Positions 43,096 to 54,701 of a stretch of 64,000 bases of DNA are shown one piece after another. The stretch lies in assembly GCF_000026545.1 (NCBI RefSeq), contig NC_011601.1; one strand, written 5' to 3'. The translations under genes and the position numbers were made by a program. Under the pieces are notes generated by a model, which was given only the letters and a program-made list of their open reading frames with translations, did no database searches and had not been told where the DNA came from. The DNA comes from Escherichia coli O127:H6 str. E2348/69. Lineage in GTDB: Bacteria; Pseudomonadota; Gammaproteobacteria; Enterobacterales; Enterobacteriaceae. The number at the start of each line of letters is the position of its first letter. Within the stretch, counting starts at the first letter, position 1.

Positions 43096-43256
43096 ATCAG
43101 GGGCTATTCCATTTCATCGTCCAACAAAATGGGTGCAGTACAGTTGATAGAAATATCGGTCGGGGCCTTCGTCTTTCTGATTCCCGGTTAGCCTGAAAAC
43201 AGAAAGTCTCAGGCACCCGTGAGCATCCTATGTGGTTTCCTTAGGGTCGAAAATAA

Positions 43257-43778
43257 TCACCTGACGAAATTGCGTGCTGTTTTCCAGAATTTTTCGTCAT
43301 TCGGTTTAGTCAGTTTAATCATTCGTTACTCTCGCAAGGCCGTGGATTTGCCGTTGTCGCCAGCGAAGTACGGACACTCGCAAGCCGCAGCGCCCAGACG
43401 GCGAAAGAGATTGAAGGCTTGATCAGTGAATCAGTCAGGTTAATTGACCTGGGATCGGATGAGGTGGCAACGGCAGGGAAAACCATGTGCACTATTGTTG
43501 ATGCCGTCGCGAGTGTCACACATATCATGCAGGAAATCGCCACCGCCTCGGATGAACAAAGTCGAGGCATAACGCAGGTTAGCCAGGCGATTTCTGAAAT
43601 GGATAAGGTGACGCAACAGAATGCTTCTCTGGTAGAAGAGGCCTCAACGGCAGCGGTGTCCCTTGAAGAACAGGCGGCACGATTAACTGAGGCGGTGGAC
43701 GTATTCCGTCTGAACAAACATTCTGTGTCGGCAGAACCTCGCGGAGCTTGTGAACCAGTTAGTTTTGCTACGGTGTGA
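43257..43778 (+). pseudogene. trg: trg 3' fragment (methyl-accepting chemotaxis protein signalling domain only)
   Basis: In-frame translation ..[34 protein letters not shown]...[59 protein letters not shown].. is the conserved MCP cytoplasmic signalling region. An in-frame stop at 43254 and the IS150 end at 43142 lie immediately upstream; no ligand-binding, transmembrane or HAMP regions. Confidence 0.65.
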
Positions 43779-43815
43779 AAATGTTAAAGGAGGGATCGAC
43801 AGATCCCTTCACCTT

Positions 43816-44739
43816 TCAGAACGGCATTGATTTTCGAATAGCGTTAATCATCAACTGGCAACCAGAAGAGAACGTCGCATCTACGCGGGTCAGTATTCCA
43901 ATCGGTTCGCCTGCACCATGTCCCGGAACAGGCAGGGCTACCAGCGTGGCATGACGCAGGTCGTCTTTTACAGCGCCAGAAGGGACAAACCACACGTAAT
44001 CGTATTCAACCGTAAGTTGACGAGATAGCGAAGCAGACAGCGTTTCGATACAACCCGAAGGAATTTTACATCCCTGGCTCTGCACTAATGCATCTGAATG
44101 CTGGCGTGGCGCAGTGCCTTCTGGTGATACAACGACCGGCCATTCCAGCACCCGGTTTAGCGTTACGTTCTCCTGAAGTAGCGGGTGATTGGGGCGGACA
44201 ACCAGCTTCAGCGATTCAAGAAACAGCAGTTCGTAATTAAGCCCGTTCATCAGTTCAGGATCTGACATCCGACCAATGCCGATATCGATTTCCCCGGTTT
44301 TTAAACCCGCCAGAATCATAGGGTTACTCATTGTCGCAACTTGCAAGGTCGTCTCTTTTTGTTGCTGATGAAACTGACCTATAACCGAAGGTAATATCCC
44401 TAGTGCCGCAGTAGGTAGCGCACCAACCCTGACGACATCATTATTAAGACCTTCTTTACGATGAAGCGACTGTCCGGCAGTGTTGATGGCGTCAAGAACT
44501 CTGACTGCATGCGTTAAAAATTGTTCGCCGGGTAAGGTAAGTTGCGCCCCCTGACGACCACGCTCAAACAAGCGAGCGCCCGTCAGCTGCTCCAGTTCAT
44601 TCAATGTCTTAGAGAGCGCAGGTTGACTCAAATTAAGGGTTTCAGCCGCGCGCCCCAAAGTTCCTTGTTGTGCGACAGCTACGAATGTATGAAGGTGGCG
44701 CAAACGGATGCGCTGACTAAACAGACTATTTTTTTCCAT
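43816..44739 (-). CDS. ydcI: LysR-family transcriptional regulator YdcI
   Basis: Start at MEKNSLFSQRIRLRHLHTFVAVAQQGTLGRAAETLNLSQPALSKTL (LysR HTH), 307 aa. The ORF track extends 47 codons further upstream. Confidence 0.85.
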   Translation of the reverse strand: MEKNSLFSQRIRLRHLHTFVAVAQQGTLGRAAETLNLSQPALSKTLNELEQLTGARLFERGRQGAQLTLPGEQFLTHAVRVLDAINTAGQSLHRKEGLNNDVVRVGALPTAALGILPSVIGQFHQQQKETTLQVATMSNPMILAGLKTGEIDIGIGRMSDPELMNGLNYELLFLESLKLVVRPNHPLLQENVTLNRVLEWPVVVSPEGTAPRQHSDALVQSQGCKIPSGCIETLSASLSRQLTVEYDYVWFVPSGAVKDDLRHATLVALPVPGHGAGEPIGILTRVDATFSSGCQLMINAIRKSMPF

Positions 44740-44955
44740 AAGCGATGTTAAAAACGAAGCGGTGTCGCTGACAAGTGAAGTTGTTTTATTATGATAACTT
44801 GATTGCAAAATATTATTAACAATTAAAGCAACTATGTTACAGCAAAATGGATAATATTGATGTTTTCGCGGCGAGATCACAGTTTGTAAATTCTTCCAGC
44901 CGGAGTGAATGCGGTTACCTACACTCCAGATTACTGACCACTGGAGGCAGACACT

Positions 44956-46299
44956 ATGGCGAACAGCATCACGGCGGATGAGATTCGGGAACAGTTTTCG
45001 CAGGCAATGTCAGCCATGTACCAGCAAGAAGTTCCGCAGTACGGCACGCTGCTGGAACTGGTAGCTGATGTAAATCTGGCGGTGCTGGAAAACAATCCTC
45101 AACTGCACGAAAAAATGGTAAATGCAGACGAGCTGGCGCGACTGAATGTTGAACGTCATGGGGCTATTCGCGTTGGGACTGCACAAGAGCTTGCTACTCT
45201 TCGGCGGATGTTTGCCATTATGGGGATGTACCCGGTGAGCTATTACGATCTCTCGCAGGCGGGAGTGCCGGTACATTCCACAGCATTTCGGCCCATTGAT
45301 GATGCTTCTCTGGCGCGTAATCCCTTCCGCGTTTTTACCTCATTACTCCGCCTTGAGCTTATCGAGAACGAGTTATTACGCCAGAAAGCGGCGGAGATTC
45401 TGCGTCAGCGCGATATCTTCACCCCACGTTGTCGACAACTGTTAGAGGAATATGAGCAGCAGGGCGGTTTTAACGAAACACAGGCACAGGAGTTTGTGCA
45501 GGAAGCCCTGGAAACGTTTCGCTGGCACCAGTCAGCAACGGTAGATGAAGAAACCTATCGCGCCTTGCACAACGAACATCGGTTGATTGCTGATGTGGTC
45601 TGTTTTCCTGGATGCCATATCAACCATCTGACGCCACGTACGCTGGATATTGACCGGGTGCAGTCGATGATGCCTGAATGCGGAATTGAACCCAAAGTGC
45701 TGATCGAAGGGCCGCCGCGCCGCGAGGTGCCGATTTTACTACGCCAGACCAGCTTTAAAGCACTGGAAGAGACGGTGTTGTTTGCGGGGCAGAAACAGGG
45801 CACGCATACCGCGCGCTTTGGTGAAATTGAGCAGCGTGGTGTGGCATTAACGCCGAAAGGGCGACAACTGTATGATGATCTTCTGCGGAGCGCTGGAACC
45901 GGACAGGATAATCTCACTCACCAAATGCATTTACAGGAAACCTTCCGCACTTTTCCTGACAGTGAGTTTTTAATGCGTCAGCAAGGGCTGGGATGGTTCC
46001 GGTACCGTCTGACGCCTTCGGGTGAGGCGCATCGTCAGGCGATTCATTCCGGAGACGATCCACAGCCCTTAATAGAACGTGGTTGGGTAGTGGCGCAACC
46101 CATTACCTATGAAGATTTCTTGCCCGTTAGCGCGGCGGGGATCTTCCAGTCAAATCTGGGTAATGAAACGCGGGCATGCAATCACGGTGATGCCAGTCGC
46201 GAAGCATTTGAGCAGGCGTTGGGGTGTCCGGTTTTGGATGAGTTCCAGCTTTATCAGGAAGCGGAAGAACGCAGTAAACGTCGCTGTGGTTTGCTTTAA
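44956..46299 (+). CDS. ydcJ: DUF1338-family protein YdcJ
   Basis: 447 aa; synteny between ydcI and opgD. Confidence 0.8.
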   Translation: MANSITADEIREQFSQAMSAMYQQEVPQYGTLLELVADVNLAVLENNPQLHEKMVNADELARLNVERHGAIRVGTAQELATLRRMFAIMGMYPVSYYDLSQAGVPVHSTAFRPIDDASLARNPFRVFTSLLRLELIENELLRQKAAEILRQRDIFTPRCRQLLEEYEQQGGFNETQAQEFVQEALETFRWHQSATVDEETYRALHNEHRLIADVVCFPGCHINHLTPRTLDIDRVQSMMPECGIEPKVLIEGPPRREVPILLRQTSFKALEETVLFAGQKQGTHTARFGEIEQRGVALTPKGRQLYDDLLRSAGTGQDNLTHQMHLQETFRTFPDSEFLMRQQGLGWFRYRLTPSGEAHRQAIHSGDDPQPLIERGWVVAQPITYEDFLPVSAAGIFQSNLGNETRACNHGDASREAFEQALGCPVLDEFQLYQEAEERSKRRCGLL

Positions 46300-46523
46300 A
46301 TTCTGACCATCCGCCTTTGCAAAAATTTGCCTGATTTTACAAACGAATCAGGCTCATCCCATCGACATAAAAAAAATGCCAATTTATGCATATTCTCTGA
46401 TTTCAACAATTGGATTATTAATAAATATTGTCTAGAGTGAGCGGTCATAAATAAGCACTTTCTTGCCGCTGAAAATGACCAGCGCGGGACCATTCACAAC
46501 ACCAGAAGGACTCACTTTCAGGT

Positions 46524-48179
46524 ATGGATCGTAGACGATTTATTAAAGGTTCAATGGCTATGGCCGCCGTGTGCGGTACCAGCGGCATTGCTTCTCTTTT
46601 TTCTCAGGCGGCATTCGCGGCCGATTCTGATATTGCCGACGGGCAAACCCAGCGTTTTGACCTCTCCATTCTACAGTCAATGGCGCACGACTTAGCGCAA
46701 ACAGCATGGCGTGGTGCACCACGTCCGTTACCTGATACTCTGGCGACAATGACGCCGCAGGCTTATAACAGTATTCAATACGACGCCGAAAAATCGCTCT
46801 GGCATAACGTTGAAAACCGTCAACTGGACGCTCAGTTTTTCCATATGGGAATGGGATTCCGTCGCCGCGTTCGTATGTTTTCTGTAGATCCAGCAACACA
46901 TCTGGCGCGTGAAATTCACTTTCGCCCGGAGTTGTTCAAATACAACGATGCGGGTGTGGATACCAAACAATTAGAAGGGCAAAGCGATCTCGGTTTTGCC
47001 GGTTTTCGCGTGTTTAAAGCCCCCGAACTGGCGCGCCGTGATGTAGTATCATTCCTCGGCGCGAGTTATTTCCGCGCCGTTGATGACACATATCAATACG
47101 GTTTGTCGGCCCGCGGCCTGGCGATCGACACTTACACCGACAGCAAAGAAGAGTTCCCCGACTTTACCGCCTTCTGGTTTGATACGGTAAAACCAGGGGC
47201 AACCACCTTTACCGTTTATGCGTTGCTCGATAGCGCCAGCATTACTGGTGCCTATAAGTTCACTATCCATTGTGAGAAAAATCAGGTGATTATGGATGTG
47301 GAAAATCACCTGTATGCGCGCAAAGACATTAAACAGCTGGGCATTGCACCGATGACCAGTATGTTCAGCTGCGGTACTAATGAACGTCGGATGTGCGACA
47401 CCATTCATCCGCAAATCCATGACTCTGATCGTCTGTCCATGTGGCGGGGCAACGGCGAGTGGATTTGCCGTCCGCTGAACAATCCGCAAAAATTGCAGTT
47501 CAATGCTTACACCGACAACAACCCGAAAGGGTTTGGTTTATTGCAACTGGATCGTGATTTCTCCCATTATCAGGACATTATGGGCTGGTATAACAAACGC
47601 CCAAGTCTGTGGGTGGAACCGCGTAACAAGTGGGGTAAGGGCACCATCGGCCTGATGGAAATCCCAACAACGGGCGAAACGCTGGATAACATTGTCTGCT
47701 TCTGGCAGCCAGAAAAAGCGGTAAAAGCGGGTGATGAGTTTGCATTCCAGTATCGTCTGTACTGGAGTGCGCAACCGCCTGTTCATTGCCCATTAGCGCG
47801 CGTTATGGCGACGCGTACCGGCATGGGCGGTTTCCCGGAAGGTTGGGCGCCAGGTGAACACTATCCCGAAAAATGGGCGCGACGTTTTGCCGTCGATTTC
47901 GTTGGTGGTGATCTGAAAGCTGCCGCGCCAAAAGGCATTGAGCCGGTGATTACGCTTTCCAGTGGGGAAGCGAAACAAATCGAAATTCTCTATATTGAAC
48001 CCATTGATGGTTATCGTATTCAGTTTGACTGGTATCCGACTTCGGACTCCACTGATCCGGTCGATATGCGGATGTATCTGCGTTGTCAGGGCGACGCTAT
48101 CAGTGAAACATGGCTGTATCAGTATTTCCCGCCAGCGCCGGATAAACGTCAGTATGTTGATGACCGCGTGATGAGTTAA
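46524..48179 (+). CDS. opgD: Glucan biosynthesis protein D (periplasmic, Tat-secreted)
   Basis: 551 aa with twin-arginine signal ([16 protein letters not shown]), OpgG/OpgD family. Confidence 0.9.
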   Translation: MDRRRFIKGSMAMAAVCGTSGIASLFSQAAFAADSDIADGQTQRFDLSILQSMAHDLAQTAWRGAPRPLPDTLATMTPQAYNSIQYDAEKSLWHNVENRQLDAQFFHMGMGFRRRVRMFSVDPATHLAREIHFRPELFKYNDAGVDTKQLEGQSDLGFAGFRVFKAPELARRDVVSFLGASYFRAVDDTYQYGLSARGLAIDTYTDSKEEFPDFTAFWFDTVKPGATTFTVYALLDSASITGAYKFTIHCEKNQVIMDVENHLYARKDIKQLGIAPMTSMFSCGTNERRMCDTIHPQIHDSDRLSMWRGNGEWICRPLNNPQKLQFNAYTDNNPKGFGLLQLDRDFSHYQDIMGWYNKRPSLWVEPRNKWGKGTIGLMEIPTTGETLDNIVCFWQPEKAVKAGDEFAFQYRLYWSAQPPVHCPLARVMATRTGMGGFPEGWAPGEHYPEKWARRFAVDFVGGDLKAAAPKGIEPVITLSSGEAKQIEILYIEPIDGYRIQFDWYPTSDSTDPVDMRMYLRCQGDAISETWLYQYFPPAPDKRQYVDDRVMS

Positions 48180-48318
48180 TCGTTTTTTCTTCGGCATCTT
48201 CTTCGGGAGGTGCCGTCTGGTTAAACACGATCCCGCTCGCATTTTTCCCTAAGTTAAATGAGTAATCTGATGGTGTGTATTTCAGATACACCTTGTCAGC
48301 CACTAACAGGGAGTGCGT

Positions 48319-48543
48319 ATGTTTCCAGAATACCGAGATTTAATATCCCGTCTGAAAAACGAAAATCCTCGCTTTATGTCCTTGTTCGATAAACACAATA
48401 AACTTGATCATGAAATTGCCAGAAAGGAAGGTTCCGACGGTCGAGGGTACAATGCGGAAGTGGTCCGCATGAAAAAACAAAAGCTACAGTTAAAAGATGA
48501 GATGCTCAAAATCCTGCAGCAGGTGAGCGTCAAAGAGGTGTAA
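48319..48543 (+). CDS. ydcH: DUF465-family small protein YdcH
   Basis: MFPEYRDLISRLKNENPRFMSLFDKHNKLDHEIARKE.., 74 aa. Confidence 0.7.
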   Translation: MFPEYRDLISRLKNENPRFMSLFDKHNKLDHEIARKEGSDGRGYNAEVVRMKKQKLQLKDEMLKILQQVSVKEV

Positions 48544-48605
48544 ACTTTCCTAAGCCGCCAGCCAGGCGGCTTTTTTAACAGCTGCATGGATTGACTGGAG
48601 ATAAG

Positions 48606-49145
48606 ATGACTGAAACGATAAAAGTAAGCGAATCACTTGAATTACATGCTGTTGCGGAAAGTCATGTCACACCTCTTTATCAGTTAATCTGTAAAAATAA
48701 AACCTGGTTACAGCAGTCGCTAAACTGGCCGCAGTTTGTTCAAAGTGAAGAGGACACGCGAAAAACGGTGCAGGGTAATGTGATGTTGCATCAACGCGGC
48801 TATGCCAAAATGTTCATGATTTTCAAAGAAGATGAACTTATCGGCGTTATCTCTTTTAATCGTATTGAACCACTGAATAAAACCGCTGAAATCGGCTACT
48901 GGCTCGACGAATCTCATCAGGGGCAGGGGATCATTTCTCAGGCGCTGCAGGCATTGATTCATCATTACGCTCAGTCTGGTGAACTTAGACGCTTCGTGAT
49001 CAAATGTCGGGTGGACAATCCGCAAAGCAACCAGGTAGCGTTGCGCAATGGTTTTATCCTTGAAGGTTGCCTTAAACAGGCTGAGTTCCTGAATGATGCC
49101 TATGATGATGTGAACTTATACGCGCGTATTATCGATTCACAATAA
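48606..49145 (+). CDS. rimL: Ribosomal-protein-L7/L12 serine N-acetyltransferase RimL
   Basis: Start [16 protein letters not shown].., 179 aa, GNAT fold. Confidence 0.85.
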   Translation: MTETIKVSESLELHAVAESHVTPLYQLICKNKTWLQQSLNWPQFVQSEEDTRKTVQGNVMLHQRGYAKMFMIFKEDELIGVISFNRIEPLNKTAEIGYWLDESHQGQGIISQALQALIHHYAQSGELRRFVIKCRVDNPQSNQVALRNGFILEGCLKQAEFLNDAYDDVNLYARIIDSQ

Positions 49146-50117
49146 CCCTGCCAGCAGCGTTCGCGTAATGCGCTCCTCGCCGTTAATGACTTTTGGACCA
49201 CGGATATGAATCGTGTCGCCATCAAAGGCTTCAACGACGGCGTGGTCAGTTAACTCCACATGGTTTTCAATTATCACCGCACCTGTAATACGGCTTTCAC
49301 CTTGTATGACAACGTGCTCGTCGAGCAGAATCGGTCCGCCACGTACCACGGCATTTCCGCCAATCAAGACATGATGTTTTAACACACAATTACCTTCCAC
49401 AATGGCATATTCCGCCACCTGTGAACTGTAATGAATCGTCGGAATGGCATCTTCTTCTATGCCAGATTTCACCTGCGCGTGACCGTAAACTTTAGCGCAA
49501 TCGCATAGCCAGACGTTGTTCTCTTCATTACCTTCAATACTGGCAAAATCAAAAACTTCGGCGCGATGTTCAATAAAAGCATACCGGACGACGGCATCGT
49601 CATAAATTTGTGCCTGGTGGACAATACGCGAGGCGCTAACCCTCGCGCGATCATAAATTTGTAGCAGGAGTTGATGGTCGGGCGTTAAGCCTTGTGCGGC
49701 GACGATCATAGAATGTTGATCAATTAAGGCGTGACCAAATATTCTACATTGACCGCAAACTAATGAGTCACGAATGGTGACGCTGTCACTTATATATGCA
49801 CCCTGGCTGATTTCACTATTATCGATCCAGACATTATCCGTTGCGTAAACCTCTCCCCACAGCACGCTGGTGCCGGTGATACGCGTATTCCCGGAAATCA
49901 CCGTTCCGCCGAACGCAATAGCATTCTGGTCGTAAATCCAGCAATTTCCTTCCTGTGCTAACACCGTTTCGTGATCGATCCAGCCGCCAGCGCTTCCTGC
50001 TATCACATCGTTAAAATCGCTCATGGCGATAATTTGCCGTAATAACACACTTTTTTTAGTGCCATCTTCCTGATAACTAAAGGCTCGCTGTTCTTCACTT
50101 AGACGATATTTACGCAT
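49137..50117 (-). CDS. ydcK: Left-handed beta-helix (hexapeptide-repeat) protein YdcK
   Basis: 326 aa with repeated hexapeptide-like segments. Confidence 0.8.
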   Translation of the reverse strand: MRKYRLSEEQRAFSYQEDGTKKSVLLRQIIAMSDFNDVIAGSAGGWIDHETVLAQEGNCWIYDQNAIAFGGTVISGNTRITGTSVLWGEVYATDNVWIDNSEISQGAYISDSVTIRDSLVCGQCRIFGHALIDQHSMIVAAQGLTPDHQLLLQIYDRARVSASRIVHQAQIYDDAVVRYAFIEHRAEVFDFASIEGNEENNVWLCDCAKVYGHAQVKSGIEEDAIPTIHYSSQVAEYAIVEGNCVLKHHVLIGGNAVVRGGPILLDEHVVIQGESRITGAVIIENHVELTDHAVVEAFDGDTIHIRGPKVINGEERITRTLLAGLL

Positions 50118-50240
50118 AGCGTTTTCCCACAGGTGACTTACTATAACCGTAGCAAATTCTGCGGCTCTGGCTATGCTCGAGAAAATTCCATAAAATGCAT
50201 TTCAAATATACTTTATAAATTAAACAAAATGAGTAAGAAG

Positions 50241-51233
50241 ATGCAGAGCGATAAAGTGCTCAATTTGCCGGCAGGCTACTTTGGTATTGTGTTGGGGACG
50301 ATAGGGATGGGATTTGCCTGGCGCTATGCCAGCCAGGTTTGGCAGGTCAGCCACTGGTTGGGGGATGGGCTGGTGATTCTGGCGATGATCATCTGGGGAT
50401 TATTGACTGGCGCATTTATTACCCGACTCATACGCTTTCCGCATAGCGTGCTGGCAGAAGTGCGCCATCCAGTGCTGAGCAGTTTTGTGAGTTTGTTTCC
50501 GGCAACGACGATGCTGGTGGCGATTGGTTTTGTTCCGTGGTTTCGCCCACTGGCGGTGTGCCTGTTCAGTTTTGGTGTCGTGGTTCAGTTGGCTTATGCC
50601 GCCTGGCAAACTGCGGGATTATGGCGCGGATCTCACCCTGAAGAAGCTACCACGCCTGGACTGTATCTGCCGACAGTTGCCAGCAACTTTATCAGCGCAA
50701 TGGCCTGTGGTGCGTTGGGCTACACCGACGCCGGTCTGGTGTTTTTAGGCGCAGGCGTTTTCTCATGGCTAAGCCTGGAACCGGTGATCTTGCAGCGTCT
50801 GCGCAGTTCGGGAGAATTACCCACGGCACTGCGGACATCACTCGGCATTCAGCTCGCTCCTGCGCTGGTGGCCTGTAGTGCCTGGCTGAGCGTCAACGGC
50901 GGCGAGGGTGACACGCTGGCGAAAATGCTTTTCGGTTATGGACTGCTGCAACTGCTGTTTATGCTACGTCTGATGCCATGGTATCTCTCCCAGCCATTTA
51001 ATGCTTCATTCTGGAGTTTCTCGTTCGGTGTATCTGCACTGGCAACCACCGGTTTGCATCTGGGGAGTGGCAGCGATAATGGATTTTTCCATACGCTGGC
51101 GGTGCCGCTGTTTATCTTTACCAATTTTATTATTGCAATACTGCTCATCCGTACTTTTGCGCTTCTGATGCAGGGAAAATTGTTAGTCAGAACCGAGCGC
51201 GCCGTTTTAATGAAAGCAGAGGACAAAGAATGA
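50241..51233 (+). CDS. tehA: Tellurite resistance / dicarboxylate-type membrane transporter TehA
   Basis: Start [30 protein letters not shown].., 330 aa, multi-pass membrane protein. The ORF-track start at 50133 is upstream of the likely real start. Confidence 0.9.
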   Translation: MQSDKVLNLPAGYFGIVLGTIGMGFAWRYASQVWQVSHWLGDGLVILAMIIWGLLTGAFITRLIRFPHSVLAEVRHPVLSSFVSLFPATTMLVAIGFVPWFRPLAVCLFSFGVVVQLAYAAWQTAGLWRGSHPEEATTPGLYLPTVASNFISAMACGALGYTDAGLVFLGAGVFSWLSLEPVILQRLRSSGELPTALRTSLGIQLAPALVACSAWLSVNGGEGDTLAKMLFGYGLLQLLFMLRLMPWYLSQPFNASFWSFSFGVSALATTGLHLGSGSDNGFFHTLAVPLFIFTNFIIAILLIRTFALLMQGKLLVRTERAVLMKAEDKE

Positions 51234-51823
51234 TCATTCGTGATGAAAACTATTTTACTGATAAATATGAATTAACCCGCACACACTCTGAAGTGCTGGA
51301 AGCGGTGAAAGTGGTTAAACCGGGTAAAACGCTGGATCTGGGCTGTGGCAATGGTCGTAACAGTCTTTACCTGGCAGTCAATGGTTATGATGTTGACGCA
51401 TGGGATAAAAATGCCATGAGTATCGCCAACGTCGAGCGCATTAAGTCCATTGAAAATCTGGATAATTTACACACCCGGGTCGTTGATCTGAATAACCTCA
51501 CATTTGATGGACAGTACGATTTTATTCTTTCTACTGTGGTGCTGATGTTCCTTGAGGCTAAAACCATCCCAGGGCTGATTGCCAATATGCAACGTTGCAC
51601 TAAACCTGGCGGTTACAACCTGATTGTGGCGGCGATGGATACCGCTGATTATCCATGTACCGTCGGCTTCCCGTTTGCCTTCAAAGAGGGGGAATTACGT
51701 CGATATTACGAAGGCTGGGAGATGGTGAAATACAATGAAGACGTCGGCGAGCTGCACCGCACCGACGCCAACGGTAATCGTATTAAACTGCGTTTCGCCA
51801 CGATGCTGGCACGTAAAAAATGA
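51230..51823 (+). CDS. tehB: Tellurite methyltransferase TehB (SAM-dependent)
   Basis: 197 aa with SAM-binding motif [11 protein letters not shown]. Start overlaps the tehA stop. Confidence 0.9.
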   Translation: MIIRDENYFTDKYELTRTHSEVLEAVKVVKPGKTLDLGCGNGRNSLYLAVNGYDVDAWDKNAMSIANVERIKSIENLDNLHTRVVDLNNLTFDGQYDFILSTVVLMFLEAKTIPGLIANMQRCTKPGGYNLIVAAMDTADYPCTVGFPFAFKEGELRRYYEGWEMVKYNEDVGELHRTDANGNRIKLRFATMLARKK

Positions 51824-52125
51824 TCCGGTAAGAACAAAGCGCGTGAAAATTCCCCACGCTGAGATGGTTTACTGTTCTTCTTTTCGGTAAGCATATTTTT
51901 TATCGAAGGGATGTGAAATTAATCACAGTAGTCGAAGTTTTTTAGCCGCTTAACTTACTGAAATTTAACTACTGGTGATTGACTTAGCCCCTTTTTCGGC
52001 ATTGACTATGTCGTCTGTAAAGGGGCTGAAAAATTTATTTTCACCAACACTTTTTTTGCCACAACACGAAGCGGCGCTTTTTGCTATAACTTAAAAAGTA
52101 ATATAATCATCTCAGGAAACTATTC

Positions 52126-52794
52126 ATGCGTACCACATCATTTGCGAAAGTTGCAGCTTTATGCGGCTTGTTGGCTCTGTCTGGTTGTGCCTCTAAAATC
52201 ACCCAGCCAGATAAATATTCTGGTTTTTTAAACAATTACTCTGATTTAAAAGAAACAACCTCAGCAACAGGTAAACCTGTTTTACGTTGGGTAGACCCGA
52301 GTTTTGATCAAAGCAAATATGACAGCATCGTCTGGAACCCAATCACTTATTATCCGGTACCGAAACCTTCTACCCAGGTAGGGCAGAAAGTTCTGGATAA
52401 AATTTTGAACTATACCAACACCGAAATGAAAGAAGCGATAGCGCAGCGTAAACCACTGGTTACCACCGCTGGGCCGCGTAGTCTGATTTTCCGTGGGGCC
52501 ATTACCGGTGTAGATACCAGCAAAGAAGGGCTGCAATTTTATGAAGTGGTTCCTGTTGCATTAGTGGTTGCGGGGACGCAAATGGCTACAGGCCACCGTA
52601 CCATGGATACTCGCCTCTATTTTGAAGGTGAGCTGATTGATGCAGCGACTAATAAACCGGTTATCAAAGTCGTTCGTCAGGGCGAAGGTAAAGACCTGAA
52701 TAACGAAAGTACGCCAATGGCTTTCGAAAATATTAAACAAGTTATTGATGACATGGCGACCGATGCCACCATGTTTGACGTTAACAAAAAGTAG
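52126..52794 (+). CDS. ydcL: Lipoprotein YdcL (DUF3313)
   Basis: 222 aa with lipobox LSGC. Followed by a terminator. Confidence 0.8.
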   Translation: MRTTSFAKVAALCGLLALSGCASKITQPDKYSGFLNNYSDLKETTSATGKPVLRWVDPSFDQSKYDSIVWNPITYYPVPKPSTQVGQKVLDKILNYTNTEMKEAIAQRKPLVTTAGPRSLIFRGAITGVDTSKEGLQFYEVVPVALVVAGTQMATGHRTMDTRLYFEGELIDAATNKPVIKVVRQGEGKDLNNESTPMAFENIKQVIDDMATDATMFDVNKK

Positions 52795-52802
52795 TTCCAG
52801 AC

Positions 52803-52827
52803 GCGCCATCGTTAGATGGCGCTTTTT
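52803..52827 (+). terminator. Rho-independent terminator after ydcL
   Basis: GCGCCATCGTTAGATGGCGC followed by TTTTT. Confidence 0.6.
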
Positions 52828-52828
52828 A

Positions 52829-54001
52829 TTATCGGTTTCTGTCAGCGATTAAATTCAACACCACGTAACAAACGCCTCCGGCAATTAATCCCCAAAACGC
52901 AGAACCAATCCCGACCAGCGTCAATCCACTTGCCGTTACCAGAAATGCCACCACCGCCGCGTCGCGCTCACGCTCATTATGCAGCGCCTGATACAAACTG
53001 CCGCCAATGGTACTCAACAGCGCCAGACCTGCCAGCATCTGGATCCAACTTACGGGCAGGGCAGTCATCATCCCGGTAATGGCACTACCAAACAGACCTG
53101 CGAGCAAATAGAAAATGCCTGCAACGGCAGCGGCCAGCCAACGTTGATCTTTATCCGGATGCGCTTCCGGGCTTTGGCAAATAGCCGCGGTGATTGCCGC
53201 AATACCGACGGAATAAACGCCGAAAGGGGAAAAAACCAGTGCCAGCAATCCAGTAAACACAATCAACGGCGAAACAGGAGCCGAATACCCGGCTGCTTTC
53301 ATTGCTGCGATACCCGGTGCGTTTTGCGATGACATCGTCACCAGAAAAAGGGGGAGTGCAACGCTCAGGCTGTGAGCAAACGAAAAATCAGGGCTAATAT
53401 AAGTGGGGAGAACGGGTTTAAAGACAACATCAGTTGTGACAACGTCACCTTGCGCGATAACGATCACGACCCCAATAATCATCGCGGCAATTACCGCATA
53501 GCGCGGCGCAACGGCCCTGGTTGCCAGCCATACCAGCAACATACTGCCACACAACGTAAATTGACCATCCAGGCTCGCAAACGCCTGTAAACCAAAGCGT
53601 AATAAAATCCCGGCAAGCATTGCCGCCGCAAGCGAGTGCGGAATAATGCGCATCAGACGAGCAAAGAGTCCCGTTATGCCGCAGAGGACTATTAACGCGT
53701 TGGTGACAATAAAAACGCCGATGGTTTCGTTAAGTGTTAGTCCCTGCAATCCGGTGACCAACAAAGCCGCGCCAGGCGTTGACCATGCGGTGAGAACAGG
53801 TACGCGATACCATAATGTCAGAGCCAGCGTACTGACGCCCATTGCCAGCCCCAGCGCCGTCATCCAGCCAGAGATTTGTGCAGTGGTGGCTCCGGCGACA
53901 ATCGCTGCTTGCCAGATTATTGCCGCTGAACTGGCGTAGCCAATTAATACCGCCAGAAACCCCGCCAGTAGCGTGGGTGGAGGAATAGAAAACAGACGCA
54001 T
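52829..54001 (-). CDS. ydcO: BenE-family (benzoate-type) membrane transporter YdcO
   Basis: Start MRLFSIPPPTLLAGFLAVLIGYASSAAIIWQ.., 390 aa, polytopic. The ORF track extends 87 codons upstream into the divergent promoter region. Confidence 0.8.
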   Translation of the reverse strand: MRLFSIPPPTLLAGFLAVLIGYASSAAIIWQAAIVAGATTAQISGWMTALGLAMGVSTLALTLWYRVPVLTAWSTPGAALLVTGLQGLTLNETIGVFIVTNALIVLCGITGLFARLMRIIPHSLAAAMLAGILLRFGLQAFASLDGQFTLCGSMLLVWLATRAVAPRYAVIAAMIIGVVIVIAQGDVVTTDVVFKPVLPTYISPDFSFAHSLSVALPLFLVTMSSQNAPGIAAMKAAGYSAPVSPLIVFTGLLALVFSPFGVYSVGIAAITAAICQSPEAHPDKDQRWLAAAVAGIFYLLAGLFGSAITGMMTALPVSWIQMLAGLALLSTIGGSLYQALHNERERDAAVVAFLVTASGLTLVGIGSAFWGLIAGGVCYVVLNLIADRNR

Positions 54002-54092
54002 AGTCACCTCGTGCGTTATAACGTACAGGTACCGTAGCATTTGTCCGTTATAACGCACAAGTGATAAACTTCCGTTTTGCCGGAGGAGTCGC

Positions 54093-54629
54093 ATGGAAAA
54101 TCTCGCTCGCTTTTTATCCACCACACTTAAACAACTACGCCAGCAGCGCGGCTGGAGTCTTTCGCGACTGGCAGAAGCGACGGGCGTTTCTAAAGCGATG
54201 TTAGGGCAGATTGAGCGTAATGAATCCAGCCCGACGGTCGCGACATTATGGAAAATTGCCACCGGGTTGAACGTGCCATTTTCAACATTTATTTCTCCGC
54301 CGCAGTCCGCTACGCCTTCAGTTTATGATCCACAACGGCAGGCGATGGTGATCACTTCGCTGTTTCCTTATGATCCACAACTCTGCTTTGAACACTTCTC
54401 GATTCAGATGGCACCCGGTGCAATAAGCGAATCGACGCCCCATGAAAAGGGGGTAATCGAACATGTCTTCGTCATTGATGGACAACTTGATCTGTGTGTT
54501 GATGGTGAATGGCAGAGCCTTAATTGTGGGGAAGGCGTTCGATTTGCTGCAGACGTCACGCATGTCTATCGTAATGGTGGGGAGCAAACCGTACATTTTC
54601 ATTCCCTCATCCATTACCCGCGCAGTTAA
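54093..54629 (+). CDS. sutR: XRE-family HTH plus cupin transcriptional regulator SutR
   Basis: 178 aa with N-terminal HTH (..LSRLAEATGVSKAMLGQIERNESSPTVATLWKIA..) and C-terminal cupin. Confidence 0.8.
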   Translation: MENLARFLSTTLKQLRQQRGWSLSRLAEATGVSKAMLGQIERNESSPTVATLWKIATGLNVPFSTFISPPQSATPSVYDPQRQAMVITSLFPYDPQLCFEHFSIQMAPGAISESTPHEKGVIEHVFVIDGQLDLCVDGEWQSLNCGEGVRFAADVTHVYRNGGEQTVHFHSLIHYPRS

Positions 54630-54701
54630 GCGGGAAAACTATTTCGCAACGTCGCGCTTGTGGCTAAAATAGCCGCCATTTTTCAGCTACTGGATAAGAA
54701 A

